From positions 1,860,001-1,924,000 of the forward strand of contig CP110439.1 of assembly GCA_026914245.1 (NCBI GenBank): a stretch of DNA of 64,000 nt. The letters run 5' to 3'. A program made the position numbers and the translations under genes. The DNA comes from Puccinia triticina. Lineage: Eukaryota. Of the stretch, positions 51,862-64,000 are shown one piece after another; positions within the stretch are counted from its first letter, which is position 1; each line of letters starts with the position of its first letter. Under the pieces are notes generated by a model. It did no database searches. It had not been told where the DNA came from and saw only the letters and a program-made list of their open reading frames with translations.

Positions 51862-52138
51862 TAACTGGCTCAGAAGGGAAAGGTCTAGGTTTGGAACTGT
51901 CACTGACAAGGTTAGAAACTAAGTACATGAGGGATAAGTACATACATGTGTGCCCCATGGGTTAAGTGCATTATCTACTCTGAAAGTCACAACCTGACAC
52001 TGGTTGCCAACATACAGCCTTGGAGACCGGAAGGAATTCCTGATGGTTGAAGAGGTTGTATGACCTCAGCAACAAGCAGGGTTTTTCCGCCCACAAGGTT
52101 GTACAACCTTGGCAACCAAGGTGGGCGGGTGTGGACTT

Positions 52139-52764
52139 TGTAGGATTATGGACCCAGACCCTCACCTGCAGCTACCCGCAAGGAAGCTCGCGTGGTTAAC
52201 CCCAGACGCGCAGCATTCTGCAAGGAAGCTTGCAACCATACTAAGCCCAGCTGCTAAGAAAGGTAAGCTGATCAAGCCCCTTTCAAAGTTCAAAGACCCA
52301 GACCCTAAGCTGACAAACATTGTTGTGACAATCGCAGCCGTGGATCAACCAGCAAGAACCACACAGGGCAAAGCCCAGCCAAACAAACAAGAAAGACCGA
52401 CCTTAACTCTTGCGGATCGACTCAGACCCAGAAATAAACCAGACCTACTCGTAAGACTATTGGAAGCTCAAGCTCCTGACCCACAACAAGACCACCCGTT
52501 CCAACAGGACAAGACCAAGCTGCTACGCTGACGGGTCCCTGTCTTTTCTTGTACCCACAATCAGACAGGCCCAGATCTCATGATTGACGCCATCAGACTC
52601 AAACTCAAACAACCGGACAGAAGATCCATAAGCAAGCACCCTCCAGTGTTGCTTTCAGGTAAATTCTTCTGTCCAAAATTTTTCTCTCATTCTTAACTAT
52701 AAAAAATGTAAATACAAGTAGTTAGGCAGAGAAATTATATCTTTCAGTTGTTCAAAATCTTTTA
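52139..52764 (+). mobile_element. Lone Copia LTR related to the 36021-41849 element
   Basis: Starts TGTAGGA, shares AGGAAGCTCGCG, CCCAGCTGC.AAGAAAGGTAAG and terminal ATATCTTTCAGTTG....ATCTTTTA; flanks GACTT / GATTT. Confidence 0.78.
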
Positions 52765-55700
52765 GATTTAATTAATTGGGTATGTGTACCTGCCAGCCGC
52801 TTTTTCCCAAAATCTCAGACATGCGCTGGCGGGCACCCGCCCACCAGATTGGGTACCTGCAAAAGGTTTGCCATGGGCCTAACTTAGCTAATTCCCTCCT
52901 CCTTGGGGGAGTGAAGCAACCTCCAAAGGAGCAAATTATGCACTGTAGTGCTCAAAAGTGTCCCTGAGAAACTTTTGCTGAGTGCAGAAAGGTTCCTGGG
53001 TCACTAGACACTAAAACAAGCCCCCCAATCTACAATTGGAAGGTTTAATGTAGTGATAGTGGAGGTGTATCAAAAGATAGCCTACTTTGAGCAGATGGCT
53101 TAAGGGTATGGTGATGTAGCTGATGTGTAAGTGTTGTGATGAGGTTGTAATTTATATGTAAGGGTGTAAAACCACAATATAGAGTGGGGTTAATACTGTA
53201 GAGTGAGAAAGTATTGTACTGTTATGGGGTAAGCTGAGTGCAAGTAGTTTGCTGAGAGAAATTACAAGTGGGGGGAGGAGAGCCTCCTTAAATAGAAAAG
53301 AGTGAGACATTTTAGCTCCAGGGGAACAAGAGAATGAGGGGTCTTAGCTGCCCTGAAAGCTAAAATGAGGTATTTTGGCTGGTGATTGACAGGTCACTTG
53401 AGGTCATGATGTCATATGAGGGAATTTAGCTAGTGAGAAATAGGAGGTGAGATGTTTTGGCTGGCCTGGCCTGTCAAATGATGTCATCTGCAAGCTGCAT
53501 GAGGGGTTTTTGCTATCTTGACACCTGCATGATGTCATCTGTCAACTGTCAAACTGCAGCCCCTATTACACTATTCTGCATGCACCTGCATAAGACTGCA
53601 TAAGCCTGCATCAAGTGTGCATAACACTGCGTGACACTGCATGACATGTGCATAGCACAATGTAATGAGCCCAGCTGATGAGGTAAAGTATATGTAAAGG
53701 GTAGACAAGCTGTCAGGGTGGTCCATGTAACGGATTACATGTCCTGGGTAAGTGTGGTTCATGTAATGGATTACATGACCTGAGTATGGTGTTTTGTGTG
53801 TATGTAACTGAATGATGGTATCTTGAAGGGGTTGTAACTTGTGATCCAGAGGGGTGTAAGGTGTGTTGTCCATGGTCTCCTGTGTAGTTTTGGCCGTAGA
53901 ATCCAGTGGTGCCGCCATATTGGTTGATTTGTGAGTGTACATATGAGAAAAAAGGCAATTTTGAAATGGGCTAGATGGGTAATCATAAAGCATACCACAG
54001 CGCTATGTGGACCCCACAGCCTGAGAAAATTATGACTTTTGGTGGGGAAATTTTTAGAATCAATCTCCCTCATGAGCCTCTGCATCATTTTTGATATTGT
54101 TTACATTTCTGGGACAGCCCAAGCTGTTGCTATCTTTCTACTATTTTTTCCCATCCTCATCTTACACGTTTCCAGTCAAACAGATTTCATCTGGAACAGA
54201 CCAGACCCATCACTTAATAAAACTTGCCAAGCTGAGCTTGGTGGGTCTTGTTGACTGATAACAGAAGGGCAGAGCTTGCAACTCCATCATACCCTTTGAA
54301 ATTCAGCAGAAGGGGTTCATTACCCCTTTTGAGTTGTACATTGCAATTCCTACAGAGTGCCACACCGTAATTCCAGCAGAATCAGGTACTAATGTGATGC
54401 TAGAGTTGACCATAACTCTTGTGTAAATTTCCACAGTATTGCAAGTGTAACTGTAGCCTAATCTAAGATCAACTGCTCTGCTGATCAAATATTCAATTAG
54501 TGATCAGTTGAAGGGGACCCAGCCTTTAAGACATGGGAATGGTTGTTTCTACGCATTGATGATATCAATTCTGGGCCAACTTGTGTAAGAGACACTTCTT
54601 CTTGATTTGTGATTGAACCAGCAGATACACACAAACTCCTCAGCCATGTAAAGTAATCCTGGAATGCAGAATTAGGCAAAGTTGTGGATGAATCCAGCTT
54701 GTGTTTATTAATCATGTGGCTCTGCTGTTGGTTGGTTCAAATCATCACCAATATTGGAGGGCTTATTCTCAAATCTCACTGAAGCTTTGAAATTTATAGT
54801 TAGAAGTCTGCAGATGCTGGCAGCTATTCCACCACAAACTGATTCTTAAAATACTGTGTACGCCTCCAATGTGTGAAAATCTGTGACTCTGTTTTAGGCA
54901 GGAAGCCCTGACAAACTTAATGGAAACATTATGTGCCCAAGTCCTTGTGAGAATACCAGTCTTCCTAGCCCAGGTGAACAGCCTTGACCTCACAAAGTGA
55001 GGAAGGGGCTGGGATCTAAACCAGCAGCGGAGAAAGGTAAGCAGAGCAAACCCTCCGCAGCCAAAAGCTGTGCGCCGCGGCGGCAAACCAGAACTAATGC
55101 AATCTTCACAATGCATACAGTTTCAACCACCACGACACACCAGATCCCAACTCAGGAGATCCCAGGTCGCAAGACTCTAGCGGAATGCATTGAAGGAACC
55201 ACAGCTGAAGGTGAGCTCTCGACAAAGCCAAAGCAACTAGATAGAAGGAAGCTAACACATACCTTCATCCCACAGACAAAACAGTACAAGCCCAGCCAAC
55301 TCAAAACCACCAAGTTGATCCTAGCAACAACAAGGAAACCAGTAAGAGAAAAAGCCCCTAGCCTAAGCCAATGTGAGCAGCAAAGCTAATCCAGCTTCTA
55401 TGAAGCAGATACACCACGATCTACATGATCAACCCTGCTGCTCCGTATAGCCAAATCAAGCCTACCAGCGCCAATCAGGTTTCAAGACCCAAACCCGAGG
55501 AAGAGAACTCATAGCTTAGCAAGCCAGCCTGCTGCAGCCTTGACTAAACAAAACTGCACACCCAGGCACTACTCAACTCTAGTCTCACTACAAAGACCCC
55601 AATCAGACAGACGACCAGTCCCCAGCCTACTTCTCTTGGCCCAAACTAGAAAGCGGCCTGAAAGCCTGCTCTTAGGTATAATCCACCCCTCAAATCTTAC

Positions 55701-56548
55701 TCTCTATCATTGTACATAGTCAACTATTAGAACATGATTCTAATAAGAAATAAATCTTAGTTCTTCACATTCTTTCAGTCATGAAATGTCACAGGTGACA
55801 TTTAAGTAAGTTGGTCGGGGGGCTTGCAGCAACCGGCCCCAAAACTCAGTGTGCAGCTGGGTGATGGATGTCCAACCTGACGTTTGCGCAAACGTCAGGG
55901 TGGACATCAGACAGCATTCATCAACCATTCAAATCCCCTCCTCCACGCACACTGGATCCACTGTTTGAGAAAAATCCTGTGCAATACAACCCACTCTCCC
56001 TGAGCCTGGCAGCCCACCATGGTTTGGTCCCGCGGGCATCAGTTTGGTTTCAGCACACACATACACCATGGGAGTTTGCTTGGCACTTGCATGCAAGTGC
56101 CATTGCACAATACTTTTTAAGAGCCCTGTTAGATATATTCTGGAACATTAACCTCCAAAAATGCTCAAGTCATGATGAATTTATGTTGAGATGATGCTCA
56201 ATTGAGTTTAAGGCATGTTGGAATGGGTTTGGAGTCAACTTGAAAACAACTCTGCCTTGACTCTATGTATTATTGGAACTATTTTAGACCACATTTGAAA
56301 CTTCCTTGCAAAGCAATATCAAATACTTGGTGGAAACAAGGGATTTTTGACAGGAATGATATATTTCAATTTATCATGTGCTTATCATAAACTGCAAGAA
56401 GCTTAATATATGTTAGCGTGTCACAAAATATGCACATGTAAATTTGTGTGACACATTCTCCAGTTGCTGATTTTTTTTGCAACATATTTAAAGTTAAGGG
56501 AAATTCCAGGGGGACAAACCTTGGATTAACCAGGAGTTGGGTATGACT

Positions 56549-57646
56549 TAGAGAATCTGCCGTGTCACCTGGGTGCAAGAGGTACCCGGGTACTGCACCG
56601 CTTTTTTCAGAAAAATTGGCACCCAGCACCGCCTGGCAGGTGCTGGCGGTACTTTGCCTAGTTTTGCGCGTCAGATCAATCCCTATACTACGGAAACTAA
56701 GGCATATGTATTCATATATAATAATTGATGCACTTTGACTAGTTACACATGCTATTACCCATCAGGACAACTCGTCATCATTGCCCAGTTTGATAACTTG
56801 CCTTTTGGACTTCACACGGGACTTCTTCTGGTCTTTGAGAGCCTGCTTCCATTTGTTCAAGGCGCCTTCTTTGAGTAGAACGCAAGTGTCATACCTCTAC
56901 TGATTGACTGAGGCGCTAGTCGGCGCCTATTTGCTGAAACATAATCTCTGTAGAGACTGTAAAATGAAGATGTGTCTGGTGAGAGTTGAACTCACAACCT
57001 CAGCTATGCTGAGAAAAATACTGGAGTGCTGCCTTTACCAACTAGCACTACGGGCGAATAGGTGTCTTTGCGGCCCGCGGCGTCACCTGACGCTGCATTT
57101 GGGGTCGCGGCCGCAGTAACTGCGCCTACTTGCGCAGTCACGCGGGCTTGCAACAACAGGGTGACGCTGCATGCCGCAGCAACAGCTACATGCCTGTAGT
57201 GTAGGCTACAGACGCTTGTGGCTGCCAGCTGGGTGGTTGGTTGGTAGTGCTCATGGGTCAATCTGACAGCCCTCCATACTGTGGTGATACATCATGGTAG
57301 CAGACTAACAGACAACTCAACAATCTCAACCAAAGCTAAAAGCTTGTTCAACATTGACAGATGTTGCTACAGAGTTTAATCCAGCAGCAATATCAAGCTG
57401 GCCGGTGCGGATTTGGGAGCCCCTATTAGTATGGGATGTGGGGAAGGAGCCCTGGCTCAAACCCCGCCCATCCCATGCAGAGCTGGGGTGGTACTTGGGA
57501 AGGTACCCGGGTGCCGCACCGCTTTTTTCCAAAAAACAGGCACCCGGCACCGCATCCAGCACCCTCCGGCAGGTGCGAGGCGGGTGCAGGGGGTACCTCC
57601 CAACCGGTGCCAGGTACCTCCCCCGGGTGCGCCGGCAGATTCTCTA
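56549..57646 (-). mobile_element. hAT deletion derivative
   Basis: TIR TAGAGAATCTGCCG; TSD GTATGACT / GTATGAAT; hAT C-terminal dimerisation remnant SVATSVNVEQAFSFG at ~57330-57375. Confidence 0.85.
56972..57056 (-). pseudogene. tRNA-like sequence (Trp-CCA-like, possible intron) with degenerate acceptor stem
   Basis: Minus strand: A-box-like CTAGTTGGTAAAG, CAGCA-CTCCAG...AGCTG anticodon arm, perfect T arm GTGAG-TTCAACT-CTCAC. Confidence 0.5.
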
Positions 57647-58028
57647 GTATGAATTCATAAAATCTCCCTATATTATTTTTGTACATATTGCTTAAAATTA
57701 CTTACAATTTGTGAAAGGTCTATCTAAGCCCTTGGTGCTGCATGCACACTCAGCTTGGCATCACTTGGCTCAGTGATTAAAATGTGACACACTAGCATGC
57801 ATGTGTAAATTTATGTTACATATTCTTCAGCTGCTGAAGTTTATCCTAATGGAGTTCAATTTCTGGGACAAGTCCAGGGGAGCCTCAGGTTACACAGGGT
57901 TTGTAAATGACTTCAGAAAATCTCCTCAAAGGGATTTGTGTACAGATTACTGAAAATAAGATAAATATTTAAAGGATTCTCCAAAGCCCCTGGTAGGCAC
58001 TCAGCATGGTGTGCTATGGTTGTTTGTT

Positions 58029-58211
58029 TATGGTCCTCAAAGTTGGAATTCATGCATGCATAAACGCGTAAATCATAAATTCATAAAAATTCTTTGGCTG
58101 GGAAAGCCAAAGATTACTTAAGCAGATTGGTGAGATACCCTGCAAACAAAGTTTTATGAATTTATGATTTATGCATTTATACATGCATGAAATTCAACTT
58201 TGAGGACCATA
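58029..58211. mobile_element. ~180-bp MITE related to 25082-25262
   Basis: TATGGTCCTCAAAGTTG...CAACTTTGAGGACCATA with the same ATGCATGCATAAA/TAAATCATAAA internal motifs. Confidence 0.85.
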
Positions 58212-59696
58212 GTTGAACAGTGTGTCACACAAACATGCGCGCATACATTTGTGTGACACAATGTGTCACACCAGCCCGCACATGTTACACGTTTGTGTGA
58301 CAGTTGGCCCCTCAGCCAATGGAAGCCAAAGTAAAACCATAGCACCATAGCAACATCAGACCTCTCAGATTCTCACTCCACTCCATCATGAGTTTTAACC
58401 ATTTATAATAGAAACAATTTAAGAAAAACTGGCAGCTTTTTGGCGTGCTCCCTGAAAATAAATATATGGAAGATAGTTTTTGAGAAACCAACAGGGTATG
58501 AGTTCAACAAAAAGAGGTCAAAAATCATGATCTTCAAAATATGAGGAACTTTGGTAAAGATTGAGGATAAATTAAACCTTATCATTAAATTGGCCTTGTT
58601 TTCAGCATAGGTATGCCATAAATTTTACACATACATCACACAATACATCAAGTATTGTCCCAGGTAATTTCAGGATATTTTGTGGCAGACATTAATGTTG
58701 CCTTCAAACCAGAATCTAAATGAGATCCACCCAAATCTATGACTGAGTTCAGAGATGGCACTTGCATGCAAGTGCTGAGAAAACTCCCATGGTGATATTA
58801 CAACATTTTCACTGACAAATGTAGTAATATGTTTGCACAGCAGATCAGCTGCATCAGTTTGGTGATTTCCCAATCTTTCAGAACTTGAGCAAAACAGATT
58901 GGAGAGTTGCATTTGTCTTTGAATCTCCTGATCATGACAGACACTGCTCAGATACTCTGCTTATGCCCCACATAACAGATTAGATTTGAAGTAAATGAAG
59001 AAGTTGATTGGGTGTGCTGTCACTGTGTATGGCAAGGGGATGATCATATTGAAGGAACTGTTGGCTTGGATTGCAAGCGGCTTGGATAATGCAACAAATA
59101 TTCTCTGGTGTGGATGTACAATGACTTTCTCCTACCTTTCCTCCCCCATCTTCTAGTCCTTTGGTTGGTTCAATCAAAATCAAATCTACCCAATAATGGT
59201 TAGATAAAACATCACCATGAGTTCAACAGGAGATGAACTCCCTTCAGGTATCATTGACACATCACAAGCAGTTAAATTCTGGAACAGTTACCATAAAAAA
59301 TCACAGTATGGCACTCTGTCATGTGGGAAGTGCAACAGATTCCCCCCTGGTGAATGTGATGTGATGAAGCTACACAGGCTTGAAAAAGGCCAAGTTGCTA
59401 ATTCTATCAGGCCGCAGGGTTCACTTGTGTTTAAGTCAGCGCCCCCCCTCCAATAGAGGGACTTGGTTAGGTTAGGCCGGGGGCCATCTCTAGACTCTAG
59501 CTTCAAGTAGCACAGCACATTGCTTTCACTATTACCAGCCCCCAAAATGTTGCCTAAATGTGACATTGTTGTTGTATTGGTGGAGAAAAGCAAATAGAAA
59601 CCTCCTAATCACATTTTTTTTTTTCAAAATTCAAGATGAGAAAAGTTTCAGTAGAAGTGGAAAAATGGGAGGATGGGTGGCTATATCCATAAAAAA

Positions 59697-62600
59697 TCAA
59701 GATGATTTCTTGCCGTGATATTCCTTCCAATCTAAGCCAAGAGCGAGGGCGATGAAGCTGACTACATACTCCCAGAAGAAAAGAAAAACGATTTTAGTCA
59801 CAGTCCAACAGAGAAGCGAAAAAACGTTGAGTGTGTGTGTGTGATTTAGAAAGGCACGGACATTGGTCGACTACCGAGTTTAGCTCCATCTCGGTTTTCT
59901 TCCCGGCTCCATGACCCGCGTTGGTCTCGAACCGCAACAAACAGGGTTGTTTGTTCATCGGAAGAGCGTGTTGGACTGCAGCTGTGTACTTGAAGCTGTC
60001 TGAAAGGACGGCCTGATCCTCATTGTCTATACATAGAGGTTCGAAGATCATTGTTAGCATTGGTCCACCAACCGAATATGAAATCGATCCGATGGCGCGT
60101 CCAGTCATGAGACTGATAGAGATGAAAAAAGGGAGCTGTTACTGACCCGCTGTGAGGAGCATAAGAGCCGGATATTGAGCGGCCGGGTTTACGTTCTGCA
60201 AGGGGGAATACTTGATCAAGTAGTCGAACGCCTCGGGATTTTCTGGGTCTCCATATTCAGAGATCCAGTACCGTCTTTTAAAGCCAGGCATAGTGGGAGA
60301 AGAGTGAGCTTCCAGAGGAAAAAGTACGGAAAGAGGTCGAAGGATTTTGGACGAGGTGAACCTCACCCAGTCGTGGACCGTTGGAACCTCAACATGTCAA
60401 ATAAGCCCGCCTCGGCAATGGCAGCTCCGTAGAGCTCCGGGGCCTGGTTGACGCAGGCGGCCACCAAGAGACCGCCGGCCCGGTTACCCATGATGGTCAC
60501 CTTGTTGGGAGCCACGTACCGATTGGCGATCAGATATTTGGTAGCGTACTGGAAGTCGTCAAATACGTTCTGTTTTTTCTCCAAGCTGGGTCCATTCAAA
60601 ATCCATTGGAATTCAAACTCATTCAATAAGCATTCAAGAAATAACCAAATTTCGCGTCGCCGGGACCACTCAGAGCACTGACCAGCCTGCTAAATGCCAC
60701 TCTTCTCCGTACTCTCCGCCCCCTCTAATGTTAGGCACGGCCAGTACCCCTCCATAATGCGCGACAAAGCTCAAGTAAGTGGCCGAATAGGAGGGCGTGG
60801 AAGTATCACTAAAGGCACCCTGGATAATAGCTCACACCGCCGGATCAGCTGTCCAGTTTTCGGGAGCTAGCTGCATAATGAACAGAAAAAGAAAGGGGCT
60901 CACGTATCCGGGCTGAATAGCTGGCGCAGTGCCGTCTTGCTTGAAGTCCTTCTTGTGAACGATGAACATTGGCACTTTGGTCCCATCCTTTGATTCATAG
61001 AAGACTTGTTTGGACACAAAATCTTCGGGATTTAATGAAGGAACCAGAGGGTTGCTGAATTGGACCAGTGTCTGATCCTCTTGAGGCTCGAAACGGTAGC
61101 TGGACGAGATGATCACATAAAATGAAAAGTGACATTACAGGTAGTGTTGCAAAAAAACAGGTATTCAATCCCAACTCAAAATATGACGTATTTGCGGCTG
61201 ATCACTTACCGGTAGACCGTGGTGGGACTCGTGAAGCTAGTGATGTAGAGGAAGAATTCACCGTCTTTTCGCCGCGCGGAGAATCCGTCGAAGCTACCGA
61301 TAAACTCCTCGCCGATTCTTTTGATCCGTTTGCCCGACTTGATCTCATGAAGGTACATCTCATCTTTGGCGTCCCGTAAATAATCCAGAATGACCAGGTT
61401 GTTATTGATGGGATATACGCCCCTCAGCAGCGCAGTTGGATCCTCTGGGACCAAGTCTTTGAACCCTTCTTCCGGCTTACTCAGGTCATACGTCACGACT
61501 ACAAAGTGGGAATTTGTCGGTATGATGGGAAACTTGTGCAGCAAAAATTGGTGATTGTGCACTTCGTACCTTTGTATTTAGGGGCATCCTTGTTGGTCAT
61601 GAAATACACTCGACTGTCGTCATTGGCAACGTATGCGTACCGGCTGCCAAAATCATTCACAACCTTTTGCCACTTCATCTCGCTCGACAGGGTTTGGGTG
61701 GTGAGATCGGCAACCCAGACTCGATTCGCGTCTTCGATGACCGTGGCCCTTTGATTTATCACGATGAGGTACTTGCCGCTGGAAGAACAGAAAGCACATC
61801 AGTCCATGTAAATAGAACGAGGGGGTGGTGAGATAATGAAAGCCACCCACTCATCCGAAAGTTGAGCTGCCCACAAGTAGGATGGATTCGCTGGGTCCTG
61901 TAAGCCAGAGGAATACAAAATAATCTCAGAATATCACCCCCCATAAGAGAAACAGATTCAAAAACTTTGACCGTGAGTATCAATTGATCTTTACTCTGGG
62001 GGTCGCCAAGTTTGTGAAAGTAGAGCTGTAGATACGAACAGGTTGAATGGGTTTTATGGGATGTATTCAAGCCTGTGAGAATTCATGGAAAAGATGCTTA
62101 CCATGTGATTGAGCTCAGCCTCGGAATCTCTCCCGGCGTCAACCTTGACTTCTCCTTGCGACTTTGCGCCGGGCGCGGTAGCTTTGGGCTGTTGGTCAGG
62201 GAATCTTGAATAAAAGAAGCCTGCTTGTCGGGTCGATCACAATGCCGTCATTAAGTAGCTCATGAAGGACTGATCCTCATCTCACAACATAAGTCCTCTG
62301 CAAAATCCAAAGTTTTTTGCACTGACCAGAATCGTCTTTCATCCAACTGGTGTAACTGTATTTGACATTCTTGATCGTGTCCTTCATCCGTCCAGCGTCC
62401 TCACCTCTCTTGCCGCCATCGGCAGCAGTCTTGGTATGGGGGCGGTCAGTGCGACGGACGTAAATAGTTTGAGAATTGCTCCCGGAGGGGGAGACTTCAT
62501 AGGCCATGTAGATGCCCGACTCGGAAGGTTCCGCGGAACCAAGTTGGGTGGTGCCGTCGATGGAGAATAGGTTGGGATCAAGGAAGAGCTCCCCCACAGG

Positions 62601-63210
62601 TTGTCTGGGGTCGGTAGCCTGCTTGAAAGCTTCCTCCTCCCCTTTTTTAACCCGATAGATGACGAATTGGGAATCTAAGGCTGGGGTGAAGTAATAGTAG
62701 TAGTATCCGTCGGGCTGCAGCAGTGGACAGCCGATTCTGGCATAGTTCCAACTCTTTTTCAGCGTCTCACGGAGTAAGCCTCGATGGGAGTATTTGCTCA
62801 GGTATTCCTTTGTGAAGGCTTGTTGCCTGGTGACGAATTGCTGAAAGAAGAAGATCCAGTCAATCAGTGTTTCTTTCCGATCTGCATATTTCTTTTTGTC
62901 ACTAGGAAGAGCGCACCTGTGTCTCTTTGCTCTGCTTGGGCGGCTTGTCTAGCCACCTGTAAGGATCGGGGACGGTGATCGGTCCATTCTGTTTACTCTG
63001 GAAAACGTCCGACGAGTTTGAATCCCTACGAACGTGGGGATATGGTGTTGTTTTTGGGTCCCAATACTTGGGGGAATGGGTCGTAGGACAGGTATCTGGA
63101 TGATCCGGAAATAGCGCAGGTGATTCGGGGCAAGTCTGCAGGCTGTCAAAGGTGCGCTGGATTGGTATGTGAAACCTCAAGAAGGCTGCTAATTTCGTGA
63201 CTAAGAGCAT
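59697..63210 (-). CDS. Prolyl oligopeptidase (S9A) homologue with substituted catalytic residues (multi-exon)
   Basis: [85 protein letters not shown] at 59697-59699. Confidence 0.93.
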
Positions 63211-64000
63211 TATGAATGAACAATTGATGGATAACTACGAGAACAAGACCAAGCACTTGACACCCTGCCCCCATGGCTATAAATAGAGAAGAGTAACGCT
63301 GCTGCATCAGGCGAGAAAACCCGAGCTGGCCTTGGACAAGCTGAAACAGAAGAGCAATGGGTCTTGGCGCCCAGTACATGGCGAAGTGGTGTTGACCTGT
63401 GTTGACCGGTATGTAACGGGAAACCGCAGGGGGCATAAAAGCCCCATACACGCGACTAGGGAGAAGCACCTTCAGCTTTAGCAGCCACCACGGCGCCACA
63501 ATTACCCCACACTTCCTTGGACCCAACCTCCTGGATATCTACCACCGGAAGCTTTGTGTGTGCTTCGTCGCGGAAGGGATCACTATCGGTTGCAACCATG
63601 GGTTACACTAGGGTCTGGGGTGAAAGTTATCAGGTGGCTTGCCACATATAACCCATCGAGTCTGTCGGAGGAGTCGGATTCTTCTTGTGTCTTGTATTTC
63701 TTTGCATGTTGTTTCACCCTTGGGGTTCGAAACAGGAACCAAGTCCCTCCTGGGCGCCAAGCGCCCGCCTCCGAAGGAGGAACTCAGGAAAGAACGGAGT
63801 TTTTTGGTGTGACAAGTTTTTCAGATTTGGCAGATAAAATCTTAATTCTGCAATAACTTTTTATCTATGTATACCAGTTATGCTGGCATGGGAAAGATTA
63901 TGAGAAAGGCCTTGGTCTTGCCTTTCTCCTCATCCATTTCGGAGATCAACCTTCACCACCTTCCCCAAAAGTGTTTGTGCGTACCTGTCACACCAAAAAA

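Noticed and set aside
52950..55790. Further LTR-like fragments (~53130-53570, ~53660-54000, ~54950-55770)
   Set aside because: Composition suggests old LTRs, but termini and TSDs could not be fixed.
56040..58820. Older inverted arms around GGCACTTGCATGCAAGTGC
   Set aside because: Similarity is visible but too decayed to define element ends.

Overview
Eukaryotic, intron-rich fungal DNA, most likely a rust fungus (Pucciniales). This is inferred from gene style, the KDZ transposon and TpCpG-biased repeat decay. Seven host genes sit in islands between dense transposon nests: SEY1 GTPase, verprolin/WIP, a pinin-domain protein, an MDR oxidoreductase, a REC114/Rec7-like meiotic gene, the syntaxin TLG2 and a prolyl oligopeptidase homologue. 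The largest structure is a complete 17.45-kb KDZ (Kyakuja/Dileera/Zisupton) DNA transposon at 25290-42742, with ~210-bp TIRs and an 8-bp TSD. It carries a decayed CxC1-KDZ transposase, an HMG-box-like cargo gene, a probable small third gene and a nested full-length Copia element. That Copia has TG...TA termini and a primer-binding site matching the anticodon arm of tRNA-Tyr, suggesting half-tRNA priming. Other highlights: a prolyl oligopeptidase whose catalytic Ser and Asp are replaced (probable pseudo-protease), five TIR elements with 7-bp TSDs, two solo LTRs with 4-bp TSDs, several hAT and Harbinger MITEs, and tRNA-like cassettes inside MITEs. All coordinates and alignments were read by eye and no database searches were run.
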